Positions 8,122 to 17,455 of a stretch of 64,000 nucleotides of DNA are shown in pieces. The stretch is from an uncultured virus (IMG/VR IMGVR_UViG_3300042880_000331) (lineage: Duplodnaviria; Heunggongvirae; Uroviricota; Caudoviricetes): the IMG/VR virus record IMGVR_UViG_3300042880_000331; one strand, given 5' to 3'. Every line of letters starts with the position of its first letter. Positions within the stretch are counted from its first letter, which is position 1. The translations under genes and the position numbers were made by a program. The notes beneath the pieces are model-generated. The model made no database searches, was not told the origin of the DNA, and saw nothing but the letters and a program-made list of their open reading frames with translations.

Positions 8122-8268
8122 ATGATTATCCTAAAGCGCTCAGTTACACGGTTCCAAGATGATAGCGGTTATTGGTATCTAAGAGCTCATGTTTGGACTA
8201 TTGATGGCTATTCAAGCAAAACTTTCACAACCCCTGCTGAAGCTAATAATTGGAAACCAAAATCATGA
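8122..8268 (+). CDS. Small hypothetical protein (48 aa)
   Basis: GGAG RBS; MIILKRSV...; ATGA overlap. Confidence 0.45.
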   Translation: MIILKRSVTRFQDDSGYWYLRAHVWTIDGYSSKTFTTPAEANNWKPKS

Positions 8269-8474
8269 CAAAGCCCAGCGTGCCAACAGACTATGACCTG
8301 TTTATTATGGCATCCGCTGTTGAGTGGACTTGCGTCCGGGGTATCGGGCGCAGGCGCACTGTGACGCGGCACGCGACAGAGGCGGAGGCAATGGGTGCAG
8401 CAACCCGTGACGGAAGAACGATGATCTACGCTATCAGCGACGGAGGCTTGTCCGCCCACGTTCGGAACGTATAA
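8265..8474 (+). CDS. Hypothetical protein
   Basis: MTKPSVPTDY...; ATGA overlap. Confidence 0.55.
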   Translation: MTKPSVPTDYDLFIMASAVEWTCVRGIGRRRTVTRHATEAEAMGAATRDGRTMIYAISDGGLSAHVRNV

Positions 8475-8500
8475 AGTTCGCGCATGACGCAAAATAGTTC

Positions 8501-8529
8501 TTGAACTCCACCGCTGTCCGTGCTAGTTT
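8501..8529 (+). promoter_or_regulatory. Sigma70-like promoter
   Basis: TTGAAC-N17-TAGTTT with TG extension. Confidence 0.45.
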
Positions 8530-8567
8530 TGTTCATGGGCAATGGTGCCCGCCAGATGGAGAAACAA

Positions 8568-8777
8568 ATGACACGTACAAACCTGCAAGACTTGCGCCAA
8601 GCCGTCGCTTTTCACGTACAGATGGAACTACGGGCGCAAAGCGGCGACGATGCAACCCCCCGGCAACTGATTGATGGGGCATTTCTTGTGCTGCGCGGCG
8701 CATTGAATCAGGGGCAACCGATTCAGTCGGCAATCGGGGCAGTTGAAGCGAATGCTTATCGTCTTTCGCTTGCTTGA
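8568..8777 (+). CDS. Hypothetical protein
   Basis: GGAG RBS. Confidence 0.55.
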   Translation: MTRTNLQDLRQAVAFHVQMELRAQSGDDATPRQLIDGAFLVLRGALNQGQPIQSAIGAVEANAYRLSLA

Positions 8778-8809
8778 CGCATTGCAGCTTGCCCGAGGAG
8801 GAATAAAAA

Positions 8810-8944
8810 ATGTGGTTAGTTATCCACGCGCCATTTTCTGGTTCCAAAGTTGCTTACAATTTTGATTGTCCGTTCTTTGCTTGGGAATTTGCGAGTTGCG
8901 CAGATCCTGGTCCAGTATGTATTTTTCGAAAGGTAACAGAATGA
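8810..8944 (+). CDS. Small hypothetical protein (44 aa)
   Basis: GAGGAGG RBS; ATGA overlap. Confidence 0.45.
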   Translation: MWLVIHAPFSGSKVAYNFDCPFFAWEFASCADPGPVCIFRKVTE

Positions 8945-9079
8945 CGAAGCCCAACGTCCCGACAGAGGTGGCGGACACTCAAAGGTGAGTTCGTTACCCT
9001 TGCTGAAGCAAAAGAAGTTGGAGAGACGTTTCTTCGGAAAAATCCAGAAATTCTAGGTGAACAAAAGAAAATAGATTAA
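8945..9079 (+). pseudogene. 5'-truncated gene fragment at putative segment junction
   Basis: Start-less frame ...QRWRTLKGEFVTLAEAKEVGETFLRKNPEILGEQKKID*. Confidence 0.4.
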
Positions 9080-9113
9080 AGCTGAAGCCCTGCATTTTGT
9101 CGCAAAACGGCCG

Positions 9114-9142
9114 TTGCGATGTGTAAGCGGTGGCGCTATGCT
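9114..9142 (+). promoter_or_regulatory. Promoter of replication arm
   Basis: TTGCGA-N17-TATGCT. Confidence 0.6.
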
Positions 9143-9170
9143 CACAGCTTATGTACTTTCCGGAGTCGCC

Positions 9171-9404
9171 ATGCCTACACCGCAAGAAGAGTTTGACGCC
9201 GTCTATATTACCTCGACTGAGATCCGGGAATACCTGCAAATCAGCCGTTCCACTGTCCTCCAAGGTAAGGGGCGCGGGCTACTGCCTGACCCCATCACCG
9301 TCAACGGCGCCCAGATACAGGTTTGGCGACGGGAGCAGGTAAAACCGTTCATTGAGGCTTGGCGTCTGATGTTACAGGCCCGTAGAGGGGAACTGCGCGC
9401 ATGA
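9171..9404 (+). CDS. AlpA/excisionase-like HTH DNA-binding protein
   Basis: YITSTEIREYLQISRSTV...LPDPI...VWRREQV; GGAG RBS. Confidence 0.65.
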   Translation: MPTPQEEFDAVYITSTEIREYLQISRSTVLQGKGRGLLPDPITVNGAQIQVWRREQVKPFIEAWRLMLQARRGELRA

Positions 9405-11923
9405 AGGACAGGTCAGCAGGTTGGGTGACCATTCCTGAAGAAATGCGTGCTTTGGACCAATGGTGTGTTGCAGGTGCAAACAAAGCCCCCATGAGTATCA
9501 ATGATGCGGGCAACCTATATAACGCATCGGTCACGCAACCAAGCAACTGGATGCCGTTTGAGAAAGCGGCCAGGTTCGCCTGGGCCAACAAGGATGCTGT
9601 CACCCGCCACACCGACCGCGATGGGAACCTGATCGAGCAGACTGGTTACGACGTTGGATTTGTGCTGCACCAAGATGACCCATTCACCTGCATTGACCTT
9701 GATGTTAAAGACGCCCAAAGCCATCCGAGCAAGCCCCAACTGTGGACAAGCCCGGAGCAATGGGATCGATACACAAGTATTGTAAACCAGTTTGACAGTT
9801 ATACGGAGCTCAGCCGTGGAGGCAAGGGTGCCCACATCTGGATCTATGGCGCGGTGGGCAGGGGTTTCCGCCGTGACGGCGTTGAGGTTTACAGCCAGGA
9901 ACGCTTTATCATCAGCACTGGCAAGACCCTGCTAGCCCGTCCCCTGCGAGATAACAGGCTGATGTTGGCGAACCTTGTATCGCGAATGATGCCTGCACCC
10001 ACAGAGTTCCACTTGGAAGAGCTTCCGGAACGCGAAGACGATTGGGCGGTTCTGGAGACCGCGTTCAACGCTTCCAACAGTGACAAGTTCATTGCACTGT
10101 GGCAGGGGAGGTGGCAGGATTTAGGGTTCCCATCGCAGTCCGAAGCGGACCTTGCGCTGATGTCCATGTTTACGTTCTACAGTCCGTCGAATGAACAGTG
10201 CAGGCGGTTGTTCCGCGATAGCCAGCTAGGCAAGCGGGAGAAGGCTGTCAAGGACAACCGTTATATCAACCTCACCCTGACCACAATCCGGGAACGTGAG
10301 GCTCGGGAGCAGCGGGCGGACATCAGCATGATGGTCCTCCAGGCGGAACAGTTCGCGGAAGCAGCCCGCACCAGCCAACAGCGTGCGGCAGCAGAGATAC
10401 AAAGGTTGACAGGGGTTAGTTCCCCGATGCAAGAATTCGGCATTGCGAAAAGCCGCAGCGAGGCACCCTTGCACATTGCCAGCAGTGGGGCACCAGCACT
10501 GGCACCAGCCCCCGAGGCAGTGCAGCTAGCAGCACTGGCACCAGTTGCTGAAGGCGCAGTGCTAGCCGGGGAGCAGGGGCTACCGTGGCCGCCGGGTTTC
10601 ACCGGGCATATTGCACGATACGTCTTCAGCTCTGCACCCCGTCCAGTTAAGGAGGTTGCGGTCGTTGCGGCGCTTGGACTTCTTGCGGGAATATGTGGTA
10701 AAGCATGGCACATTCCGAAGTCGGGTTTGAACCTCTACGTCATCCTAGTAGCGAAGTCCGCTATTGGCAAGGAAGCGATGCACAATGGTATTAGCGAGAT
10801 CACCAAGGCGTGCAAGCGGGAGAACCCCGCGTTCGAGAAGTTTATTGATTTCACCGAGTATGCCTCCGGACCTGCACTTATCAAGGCCTGCGTTGCCAAC
10901 CCCTGCTTTGTCAACGTGTCAGGGGAATGGGGTCGCAAGCTGAAGCGCCTTGGGTTGGAGGATGGACGGGACGGACCGTTGCAGACTCTTCGGACGCAAA
11001 TGACGAACCTATACCAGAAGTCCGGTCCGACATCCATGGTGGGCGGGATAGGGTATAGCGCAACCGATAACAACGTCGCGTCGGTGGGCGGCGTCAGCTA
11101 CAGTATGATCGGGGAAACGACTCCCGGCACGTTTTACGACTCCTTAACTGAGAGCATGATGGAGGACGGGTTCATGTCCCGCTTCCTTGTCATTGAATAT
11201 GACGGGTTGAGGCCGGAACCGAACAAGCTACCTCTGACGGCTCCGGATGAATACACGAAGCAGGCGCTCAACTCCATTGCCCAGCAAGCAGACGCAATGA
11301 CATCGCGGGACTATTCGCAGCTCGTCACCAAGACGGAAGACGCACGGCTGTTGATGGAACAGTTCGAGCAGGAGTGCGACGACAAGATTAACGGGACAAA
11401 CGATGAGTCCCGTAGGCAGATGTGGAACCGGGCTGCACTTAAATCGCTCAGGGTTGCAGCACTGCTGGCGGTGGCGGACAACTGGATGACCCCGTGCATA
11501 ACGCTCGAGCAGATACAGTGGGCGCAGCTTGTAGTCAGAAATGACATTGCTATCATGGGCAAGCGCCTTGACAGCGGTGAGGTTGGGCAGAGCGATAACA
11601 CGCGGGAACGCAGAGTTGTGTCGATCATGCGGGATTACCTGTCCAAGCCCGTGCCGTCCAGCTATAAGGTTCCGGAAGCTATGCGGTTGAACTCCATTGT
11701 TCCGCGCAGCTATCTGCAGATCCGGACACAGAAGGCAAGCGCCTTCAATAACCACAAGGCCGGGTCCAACCGTGCTCTGGATGAAGCCATTGCGTCCATG
11801 GTGGCGTCGGGTTACATACTGGAAGCACAGAAGGACAAGGTTGCGGAGGCGTATAACTTCCACGGGAAGGCTTACAGGATTTTGAGACTGCCTGATAGCC
11901 AGTCTGAAGATTCTGCTGACTGA
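9401..11923 (+). CDS. Primase-polymerase (NrS-1-like) fused to DUF3987-like helicase domain
   Basis: IPEEMRALDQW, CIDLD, YTELSRGGKGAHI, VEVYSQERF, SQSEADLAL; C-terminal AKSAIGKE P-loop-like and DGFMSRFL. Confidence 0.8.
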   Translation: MKDRSAGWVTIPEEMRALDQWCVAGANKAPMSINDAGNLYNASVTQPSNWMPFEKAARFAWANKDAVTRHTDRDGNLIEQTGYDVGFVLHQDDPFTCIDLDVKDAQSHPSKPQLWTSPEQWDRYTSIVNQFDSYTELSRGGKGAHIWIYGAVGRGFRRDGVEVYSQERFIISTGKTLLARPLRDNRLMLANLVSRMMPAPTEFHLEELPEREDDWAVLETAFNASNSDKFIALWQGRWQDLGFPSQSEADLALMSMFTFYSPSNEQCRRLFRDSQLGKREKAVKDNRYINLTLTTIREREAREQRADISMMVLQAEQFAEAARTSQQRAAAEIQRLTGVSSPMQEFGIAKSRSEAPLHIASSGAPALAPAPEAVQLAALAPVAEGAVLAGEQGLPWPPGFTGHIARYVFSSAPRPVKEVAVVAALGLLAGICGKAWHIPKSGLNLYVILVAKSAIGKEAMHNGISEITKACKRENPAFEKFIDFTEYASGPALIKACVANPCFVNVSGEWGRKLKRLGLEDGRDGPLQTLRTQMTNLYQKSGPTSMVGGIGYSATDNNVASVGGVSYSMIGETTPGTFYDSLTESMMEDGFMSRFLVIEYDGLRPEPNKLPLTAPDEYTKQALNSIAQQADAMTSRDYSQLVTKTEDARLLMEQFEQECDDKINGTNDESRRQMWNRAALKSLRVAALLAVADNWMTPCITLEQIQWAQLVVRNDIAIMGKRLDSGEVGQSDNTRERRVVSIMRDYLSKPVPSSYKVPEAMRLNSIVPRSYLQIRTQKASAFNNHKAGSNRALDEAIASMVASGYILEAQKDKVAEAYNFHGKAYRILRLPDSQSEDSAD

Positions 11924-11936
11924 GTGCATTTTTATG

Positions 11937-11965
11937 TTGCAATCGAACTGAAGGTGCTTTAGGGT
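11937..11965 (+). promoter_or_regulatory. Promoter
   Basis: TTGCAA-N17-TAGGGT. Confidence 0.5.
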
Positions 11966-12006
11966 TAGTTCTGTGGGGTGCTCCCGCGTGCAAAGGAGTG
12001 AGGAAG

Positions 12007-12234
12007 ATGAACGACAAAGGACGCAAGCTGATTGCGAAGTGGATCCAGGCGTTGGAGGACATCCAAAGTGAAATGGAAACTATGGTCGAAGAAGAACAGG
12101 AAAAGTTTGACAACCTGTCCGAAGGCCTACAGCAAGCCGAATCCGGTCAGGCAATGGAGGCCGCCGCGGCGACCTTGGGTGACGTGCTGACGATGCTGGA
12201 AAATGTCATCAGTGAGCTTGGGGAGCTTGCTTAA
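12007..12234 (+). CDS. Conserved phage hypothetical protein
   Basis: EEQEKFDNLSEGLQQAESGQAME motif. Confidence 0.65.
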   Translation: MNDKGRKLIAKWIQALEDIQSEMETMVEEEQEKFDNLSEGLQQAESGQAMEAAAATLGDVLTMLENVISELGELA

Positions 12235-12235
12235 C

Positions 12236-12475
12236 ATGAAAACGCTCCTCCAGCGGGCAGACGGTTCCAAGGAGGAGCTTGTGGTGCCCGACAATGCAAT
12301 TGCCAACGTCGCTATCATCCAGCGGGGCGCGGTGTTCTACATATTTGATGGCTATTTGGGCGGCTATGCTCACACAGCCCTCTTTACAGAATGCCCCGCC
12401 CCGCTTATACTGCAAGAACAGAACCAGAAACCTGCACCCAGGCGCTTCCTGGGGCACAACCCGAAAGGTGAATGA
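12236..12475 (+). CDS. Hypothetical protein
   Basis: GGGGAG RBS; ends FLGHNPKGE. Confidence 0.55.
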   Translation: MKTLLQRADGSKEELVVPDNAIANVAIIQRGAVFYIFDGYLGGYAHTALFTECPAPLILQEQNQKPAPRRFLGHNPKGE

Positions 12476-12476
12476 C

Positions 12477-12944
12477 ATGGCACAGATTGACGCAGACCCC
12501 GTAACCCCGGGCGAGCTTGCACAATGGTATGAGCTTCGCGAGACGCTCGCAAAGGTGAAGCAGGCAGAAGCTCTGCTCCGCGCCCGCATCTACCGGCACT
12601 ATTTCAAGGACCCCAAAGAAGGCACCAACAGCTTCGATATTGACGACGGGACCGGCGCGGTGTTGAAGGCGCAGCGGGTGATCGACCGCAAGGTTGACGT
12701 CGGTGCTTTTGATGCGCTCCGCAAGGTGCAGAACGAGCAATGGGGCGACGAACGGATCCCCGGGGCGGTGCCGGGTGTTCCCCTGCTGAAGCTGGACGAA
12801 CTGGTAAAGTGGAAACCCGAAGTTTCCATTACCGAATACCGGAAACTGACCGACAACGAGCGGGCCTACTTTGAACAGTGCCTGGTCATTAAAGACGGGT
12901 CCCCGCAGTTGGATGTTGTGATTCCGAAACGAGCGAAGGTGTGA
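12477..12944 (+). CDS. Conserved siphophage hypothetical protein
   Basis: AAGGTG RBS; FKDPKEGTN...LVKWKPE...GSPQL. Confidence 0.65.
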   Translation: MAQIDADPVTPGELAQWYELRETLAKVKQAEALLRARIYRHYFKDPKEGTNSFDIDDGTGAVLKAQRVIDRKVDVGAFDALRKVQNEQWGDERIPGAVPGVPLLKLDELVKWKPEVSITEYRKLTDNERAYFEQCLVIKDGSPQLDVVIPKRAKV

Positions 12945-13588
12945 TGCAGGTCACACTGATGGTTGATGGTTCCTTCTGCCCCGAGACAGGGGCAGGAGGT
13001 TTCGGTTACTGGATTGCCAGTTACCGAGGGAAACTAGGCGGGGGAGGTCCGATGCAAGCGATAGCGGATAACCCGACAGAAGTGGAAATGAAAGCGATAT
13101 GCAACTCGCTTGTTATTGCAATGAACAAGGGTCTTGTGCAGACCGGAGACACTGTTCTGGTGCAGACCGACAGCAAGAATTCAATTGCGGCGTTTGAACA
13201 TCGCCGCATTCCTGGAGTAGAAGCAGAGCGTAGGGCGGTCACTTTCCTTGACCGCTATAAGCAAGAGCGCGGGCTGACTATGGTCTTCCGGTATGTGAAA
13301 GGTCACAGCACGCAAGCGGGGGCACGTTACGCCGCCAACAACCATTGTGACGAACGGGCGAAGCGTGCGATGCGTAAGGTCCGGGCGCAGCTAAGAAAGG
13401 ATAAGACCAGTGTTCAAGCAACTCGTGGGACAGAGTGCTGTTGTTCGGAACCGTGGCGTCTACAAGACCTGCGACCTATACGAATTCCGGGGGCAGATGT
13501 TCGTGAAGTATGGCGGAGGCTTTGTCCGCCTGAATTCCAACGGGAGCTCCAGCATGGACAACCTGGCGTTGGACCTGCTGGCGTATGA
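12941..13588 (+). CDS. rnhA: Ribonuclease HI
   Basis: VDGS, EMKAI, QTDS, VKGH, NNHCDERAK catalytic motifs. Confidence 0.85.
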   Translation: MMQVTLMVDGSFCPETGAGGFGYWIASYRGKLGGGGPMQAIADNPTEVEMKAICNSLVIAMNKGLVQTGDTVLVQTDSKNSIAAFEHRRIPGVEAERRAVTFLDRYKQERGLTMVFRYVKGHSTQAGARYAANNHCDERAKRAMRKVRAQLRKDKTSVQATRGTECCCSEPWRLQDLRPIRIPGADVREVWRRLCPPEFQRELQHGQPGVGPAGV

Positions 13589-13709
13589 GGGTCCGCTGTT
13601 CCAGGACAAGTTCGGGCGCCTCTGCGTGCAAGCGGGTGAGGGGTTCAAAGCTCTTACAGCGAACCCCGACGGCACCATTGCGCCTATGATGTTGGAGGCA
13701 CCGAAATGA
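13410..13709 (+). CDS. Hypothetical protein
   Basis: AAGGA RBS, GTG start, ATGA overlap with ligase. Confidence 0.6.
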   Translation: MFKQLVGQSAVVRNRGVYKTCDLYEFRGQMFVKYGGGFVRLNSNGSSSMDNLALDLLAYEGPLFQDKFGRLCVQAGEGFKALTANPDGTIAPMMLEAPK

Positions 13710-14644
13710 AACCGATGCTCGCAGACGACTGGGACGAATCAAAGGTCCGCTTCCCCGTGCTGGTGGAGCCCAAGATTGACGGGGTTCGTGCCACCAGTCT
13801 TTTCGGAAAGCTGACCGGGCGCAGCTTGAAGCCCTTCGGGAACAAGCATGTGACACGTATCTTCAGCCACAGCATGTTCCTCGGGTTCGACGGAGAAATG
13901 GCTGCGGAGAATGAGTGCCACCCCGATTTGTGCAGGTTGACCACAAGTGCGCTCGCATCGCACGAAGGTGAACCGTGGATCATGTGGCACCTGTTTGACC
14001 TTGTTCGGTCGGACACCAAGGCGCTCCCCTATGTTCAGCGGATGCAACTGCTAGCGCAGGAGGTTTCCCGCATCAAGGCCCTGGACCCTGTGATGGGCGC
14101 TCACCTTCGTGTGGTGGATTACGTTGTCTGTAACACCTTGGAAGAACTTCAGCAGCACATTGCTATCCACAGGATTGCGGGATATGAAGGGTCAATTATA
14201 CGTGACCCAAGCGGGGCTCACAAGTCTGGGCGCAGCACAATCCGCGAGGGTGGCCTGCTGCGGATTAAGATGTTCAAGGACGCTGAGATTGTGGTCACCC
14301 GTGTAGTTGAGGGGCGGACTAACCTTAACGAAGCGAAGACGAACGCCCTGGGCCACACCGAGCGCAGCACGCATCAGGACAACATGGTGCCCAACGGAAT
14401 GGTCGGAGGTATCTACGGGAACCTCCTGGAGGACATTGTTATCGGGGGCAAGGTGTGGGCCAAGGGGCAAGAGATCCTCGTTGCTCCCGGTCGCATGACG
14501 GATGAGGAAGCGAAGTTTTACCTGTTGCACCCCGCCGCCATAGCTGGTAAGGTTGTGAAATTCCAATACTTCGCTCACGGGGTGAAAGACAAATTGCGGT
14601 TCCCGACCTTCCAATCTATCCGCATGAAAGAGGACATGGCATGA
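13706..14644 (+). CDS. ATP-dependent DNA ligase
   Basis: EPKIDGVR, FDGE, HLFD, YEGSIIR, LRIK, LRFPTF. Confidence 0.92.
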   Translation: MKPMLADDWDESKVRFPVLVEPKIDGVRATSLFGKLTGRSLKPFGNKHVTRIFSHSMFLGFDGEMAAENECHPDLCRLTTSALASHEGEPWIMWHLFDLVRSDTKALPYVQRMQLLAQEVSRIKALDPVMGAHLRVVDYVVCNTLEELQQHIAIHRIAGYEGSIIRDPSGAHKSGRSTIREGGLLRIKMFKDAEIVVTRVVEGRTNLNEAKTNALGHTERSTHQDNMVPNGMVGGIYGNLLEDIVIGGKVWAKGQEILVAPGRMTDEEAKFYLLHPAAIAGKVVKFQYFAHGVKDKLRFPTFQSIRMKEDMA

Positions 14645-15483
14645 ACCAAAGTATCCTGGCGGGCGTCACCAGTGGCGTCACCAGATCGGGTCTACGAATT
14701 CTGATTGCGGGGCAGGAGAAGCTCGGCAAGACAACCCTTTGCAGCAACGCCCCCGGGGCGCTGTTGATACCGCTCGAAGTGGGCTTTGCTGGTGTAAGCG
14801 TCGCCAAGACGCAGAAGCTGGATTCGCTCGCGCAGGTCCACAGCCTTGTGGATGAGATCACCCTGTATGCCCAGCGCGGGCAGTTACCGTTCAAGACCCT
14901 TGTGTTCGACAGCGCAACCGCGCTTGAGCGCATGATCCATGACTCGGTGATCGAGCGCGACCCGCTCTACAAGCCCGGTGGCAAGAAGCAGATTACGATG
15001 GAAAGCTGCCACGGGGGCTACGGCAAGGGATACAACCTTGCCAACGAGGACCTTGACGCCCTCCTTGTGAAGTTTGATAACCTCGCTGTCTACGGTGGCC
15101 TGAACATCGTGCTCACCTGCCATGTGTTCTCCAGCAAGGTGATGGACCCGACAGCGGGTGAATACGACTCGTGGGACTTGCTTCTGCACTCCCCGAAGAA
15201 TCAGAAAACCTACGGCAAGCGGGAACGCTTGACGCAATGGGCTGACATCATTGGCTTCCTCTATGAGCCTGTGTTCGTCAGCAAGACCGATAACCTGTCC
15301 AAGGCGATGTCCCAGAACAAAGGGCGCGTCTTGGGTCTGAGCAGGACTCCCGGATACGTTGCCGGGAACAGGTTTGGCATCGTGGGGGAGGTTCCGATTC
15401 CGGCTCCACCACAGAACGGATGGAACGCGCTCGCTCACGCGGTCTACACGCAGACCGGAATTGACATCTACAACCGCCAGTAA
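14641..15483 (+). CDS. AAA_24-type phage ATPase (Sak4-like)
   Basis: GQEKLGKT Walker A; TLVFDSATALE; GGYGKGY; QWADIIGF. Confidence 0.8.
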   Translation: MNQSILAGVTSGVTRSGLRILIAGQEKLGKTTLCSNAPGALLIPLEVGFAGVSVAKTQKLDSLAQVHSLVDEITLYAQRGQLPFKTLVFDSATALERMIHDSVIERDPLYKPGGKKQITMESCHGGYGKGYNLANEDLDALLVKFDNLAVYGGLNIVLTCHVFSSKVMDPTAGEYDSWDLLLHSPKNQKTYGKRERLTQWADIIGFLYEPVFVSKTDNLSKAMSQNKGRVLGLSRTPGYVAGNRFGIVGEVPIPAPPQNGWNALAHAVYTQTGIDIYNRQ

Positions 15484-15495
15484 AGGAACACCTCC

Positions 15496-16365
15496 ATGGC
15501 AGAACTGCATTTTGACGCAACGAGCGTTGAACCAGACAATGGGATTGAAACCGTCCCGGCTGGCTGGTATAACGCCTCGATCGACGAGAGCTCCAACAAG
15601 CCGACGAAGGATGGCGTGAACTCTTACACGCAATTCCGGTTCAACATCCTTGATGGGCAATACAAGGGCCGGAAGCTGTTCGCACGCTTCAACCTGAAGC
15701 ACACGAACGCACAGACGTCCGAGATTGCCCAGCGCCAGCTGTCGGCCTTGTGCCACGCGGCCCAGGTTCTGCAACTGTCGGACACGCAACAGCTTCACAA
15801 CGTCCCGATGAAGGTGAAGGTGACGATCAAGAAGGACGAGGGTTACGAACCGTCTAACGAGATCCGCAGCTTCAAGAACATCAACGAGGTTGTTGACGGT
15901 TCGGCACCGGCGTCCACTGCGGTTGGCGCACCTCCGCCTCCGGCAGCGATGCTTCCGCCTGCTCAGCCCTGGGCTCAGCAGCAGGCATCCGCTCCGGTTG
16001 CAGCTCCGCCGGCCGCTCCGCCCCCTGTTGCTCCGCCTGCACCCGTTGCGCCGGCCCCGGCACCTTTCCCGCCGGCAGGTTGGACCGCCCACCCCTCCGC
16101 TCCCGGATACTACTATGCCGGACAAGAGGTTTTGGCGGAAGCAGACTTGCGGGCGAAGTTCGCTGCACCTATTGCTCCGACAGCACCCGAAGTTTCAACA
16201 GGCCAAGCTGGCACGGCTGGCGGTTGGCAACCGCCAGCCGGTCAGCAGCCTTGGGGGCAGCCGGGTGGCGCAGCGCCTGCAGCGGGGCCCGCAGCCTCGC
16301 CGGCAGCAACCGCGCCGCACCCCGCCCAAGGGTTCGCTCCCCCGTGGGCGCAGCCTGCAGGCTGA
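15496..16365 (+). CDS. DUF669 ssDNA-binding-like protein with Pro/Ala/Gln-rich tail
   Basis: FDATSVEP..VPAGWY...GQYKGRKLF..EIAQRQLSALCHA. Confidence 0.75.
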   Translation: MAELHFDATSVEPDNGIETVPAGWYNASIDESSNKPTKDGVNSYTQFRFNILDGQYKGRKLFARFNLKHTNAQTSEIAQRQLSALCHAAQVLQLSDTQQLHNVPMKVKVTIKKDEGYEPSNEIRSFKNINEVVDGSAPASTAVGAPPPPAAMLPPAQPWAQQQASAPVAAPPAAPPPVAPPAPVAPAPAPFPPAGWTAHPSAPGYYYAGQEVLAEADLRAKFAAPIAPTAPEVSTGQAGTAGGWQPPAGQQPWGQPGGAAPAAGPAASPAATAPHPAQGFAPPWAQPAG

Positions 16366-16372
16366 CACTATC

Positions 16373-16400
16373 CAAGCGGTCCCGAAAGGGGCCGCTTGTT
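16373..16400 (+). terminator. Hairpin/possible terminator
   Basis: CAAGCGGTCCC-GAAA-GGGGCCGCTTG; short T run. Confidence 0.5.
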
Positions 16401-16404
16401 CAGC

Positions 16405-16471
16405 GGGTCCACTGCACTAGTGCCCTCCCCTCCCGGGAATGCTAGCCCCACTCCTCCCTCGCAGTGGGCCC
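16405..16471 (+). ncRNA. Structured intergenic RNA with C-rich anti-SD-like loops
   Basis: 11-bp outer stem; inner stem with TCCCCTCCC loop; CTCCTCCC in a bulge. Confidence 0.4.
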
Positions 16472-16489
16472 ACTCAACAAGCGGGGATT

Positions 16490-17455
16490 ATGATGGGAAC
16501 TATCACTGTTGCACTTGCGACAATCAGAGCAATTGACGCCCAAGTGGCAGCAGACGGTGGCGCATCCTTTCGCGGGTGGCTTGGTAAAGTTATCCCCCAT
16601 ATGGCTGACGCATACCGCACCGACGAGGAAGAACACCGCTCGCACTTAGGCGCTTCTATCCTTGGACAGGAATGCAGCCGTGCCATCTGGTATAACTTTC
16701 ACTGGATAACAAAGGGCGCATTCGAAGGCCGGATGCTGCGCCTATTCAACCGGGGGCACCTGGAGGAAGCTCGTTTCCTTGCTATGCTTCTGATGATTGG
16801 TTGCCAGGTCTACCAACAGGATGAGAACGGGAAGCAGTTTCGAATTCACTTTGGGGACGGGCATGGGGGAGGCAGCGGTGACGGCATCGCTGTTGGCATT
16901 CCAGACTTGCCCGCCGGGTTGGCCACGCTGAGCGAGTTTAAGACCCACAGCGAGAAGTCTTTTATCGAGCTGGCAGGTCCCCTAAAGGACTGGAGAGCAT
17001 ACGTTGCTGGAACAGGAAAGTTCACGGGCAAGGGCGTCAAGGAAGCAAAGTTTGAACACTTCGTTCAGATGAACCTCTATATGTATAAGATGGGCCTAAC
17101 CCATGCACTCTATATGGCGGTCAACAAGAACACCGACGACATCTATGCTGAGATTTTGACGGTTGACCCGCTGTTGGCACAGATGTATCTGAACAAGGGT
17201 GAAAAGATTATCTGGATGCAAACGCCCCCGGAAAAGATAAACCCGAGCCCAGGTTTCTGGAAGTGCCGTTTTTGTGACCACAGGCCTGTCTGCCACCTGT
17301 CCGCTGCACCTGATACCAATTGCCGAACGTGCCGCTTCGCAGACCCCGCACCTGGAGGGGTGTGGCAATGCAGCAACGATGTCTGCCCAGGTCCGATTGA
17401 CAAAGTAACTCAGCTCAAGGGTTGCAGCCACTATGAGCGTTCGCGGGTTATCTGA
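16490..17455 (+). CDS. Cas4-like PD-(D/E)XK exonuclease
   Basis: HLGAS..G.ECSRAIWY, GSGDG, EFKT, QMNLYM, CRFCDHRPVC. Confidence 0.8.
   Translation: MMGTITVALATIRAIDAQVAADGGASFRGWLGKVIPHMADAYRTDEEEHRSHLGASILGQECSRAIWYNFHWITKGAFEGRMLRLFNRGHLEEARFLAMLLMIGCQVYQQDENGKQFRIHFGDGHGGGSGDGIAVGIPDLPAGLATLSEFKTHSEKSFIELAGPLKDWRAYVAGTGKFTGKGVKEAKFEHFVQMNLYMYKMGLTHALYMAVNKNTDDIYAEILTVDPLLAQMYLNKGEKIIWMQTPPEKINPSPGFWKCRFCDHRPVCHLSAAPDTNCRTCRFADPAPGGVWQCSNDVCPGPIDKVTQLKGCSHYERSRVI

Noticed and set aside
9171..9404. Excisionase implying an integration module
   Set aside because: No integrase or att site in the window; more likely a regulator of the replication operon
10320..10580. Intein in the primase-polymerase
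   Set aside because: The extra segment is an Ala/Pro-rich linker without intein terminal (C...HN) or LAGLIDADG motifs
14884..16125. Long antisense ORFs (also 3508-4401, 4952-5869, 23216-24265)
   Set aside because: Shadow frames of well-supported genes in GC-rich DNA; no RBS or recognisable motifs
16490..17455. Cas4-like gene as part of a CRISPR-Cas system
   Set aside because: No array or other cas genes; solo Cas4-like nucleases are normal in phage replication modules
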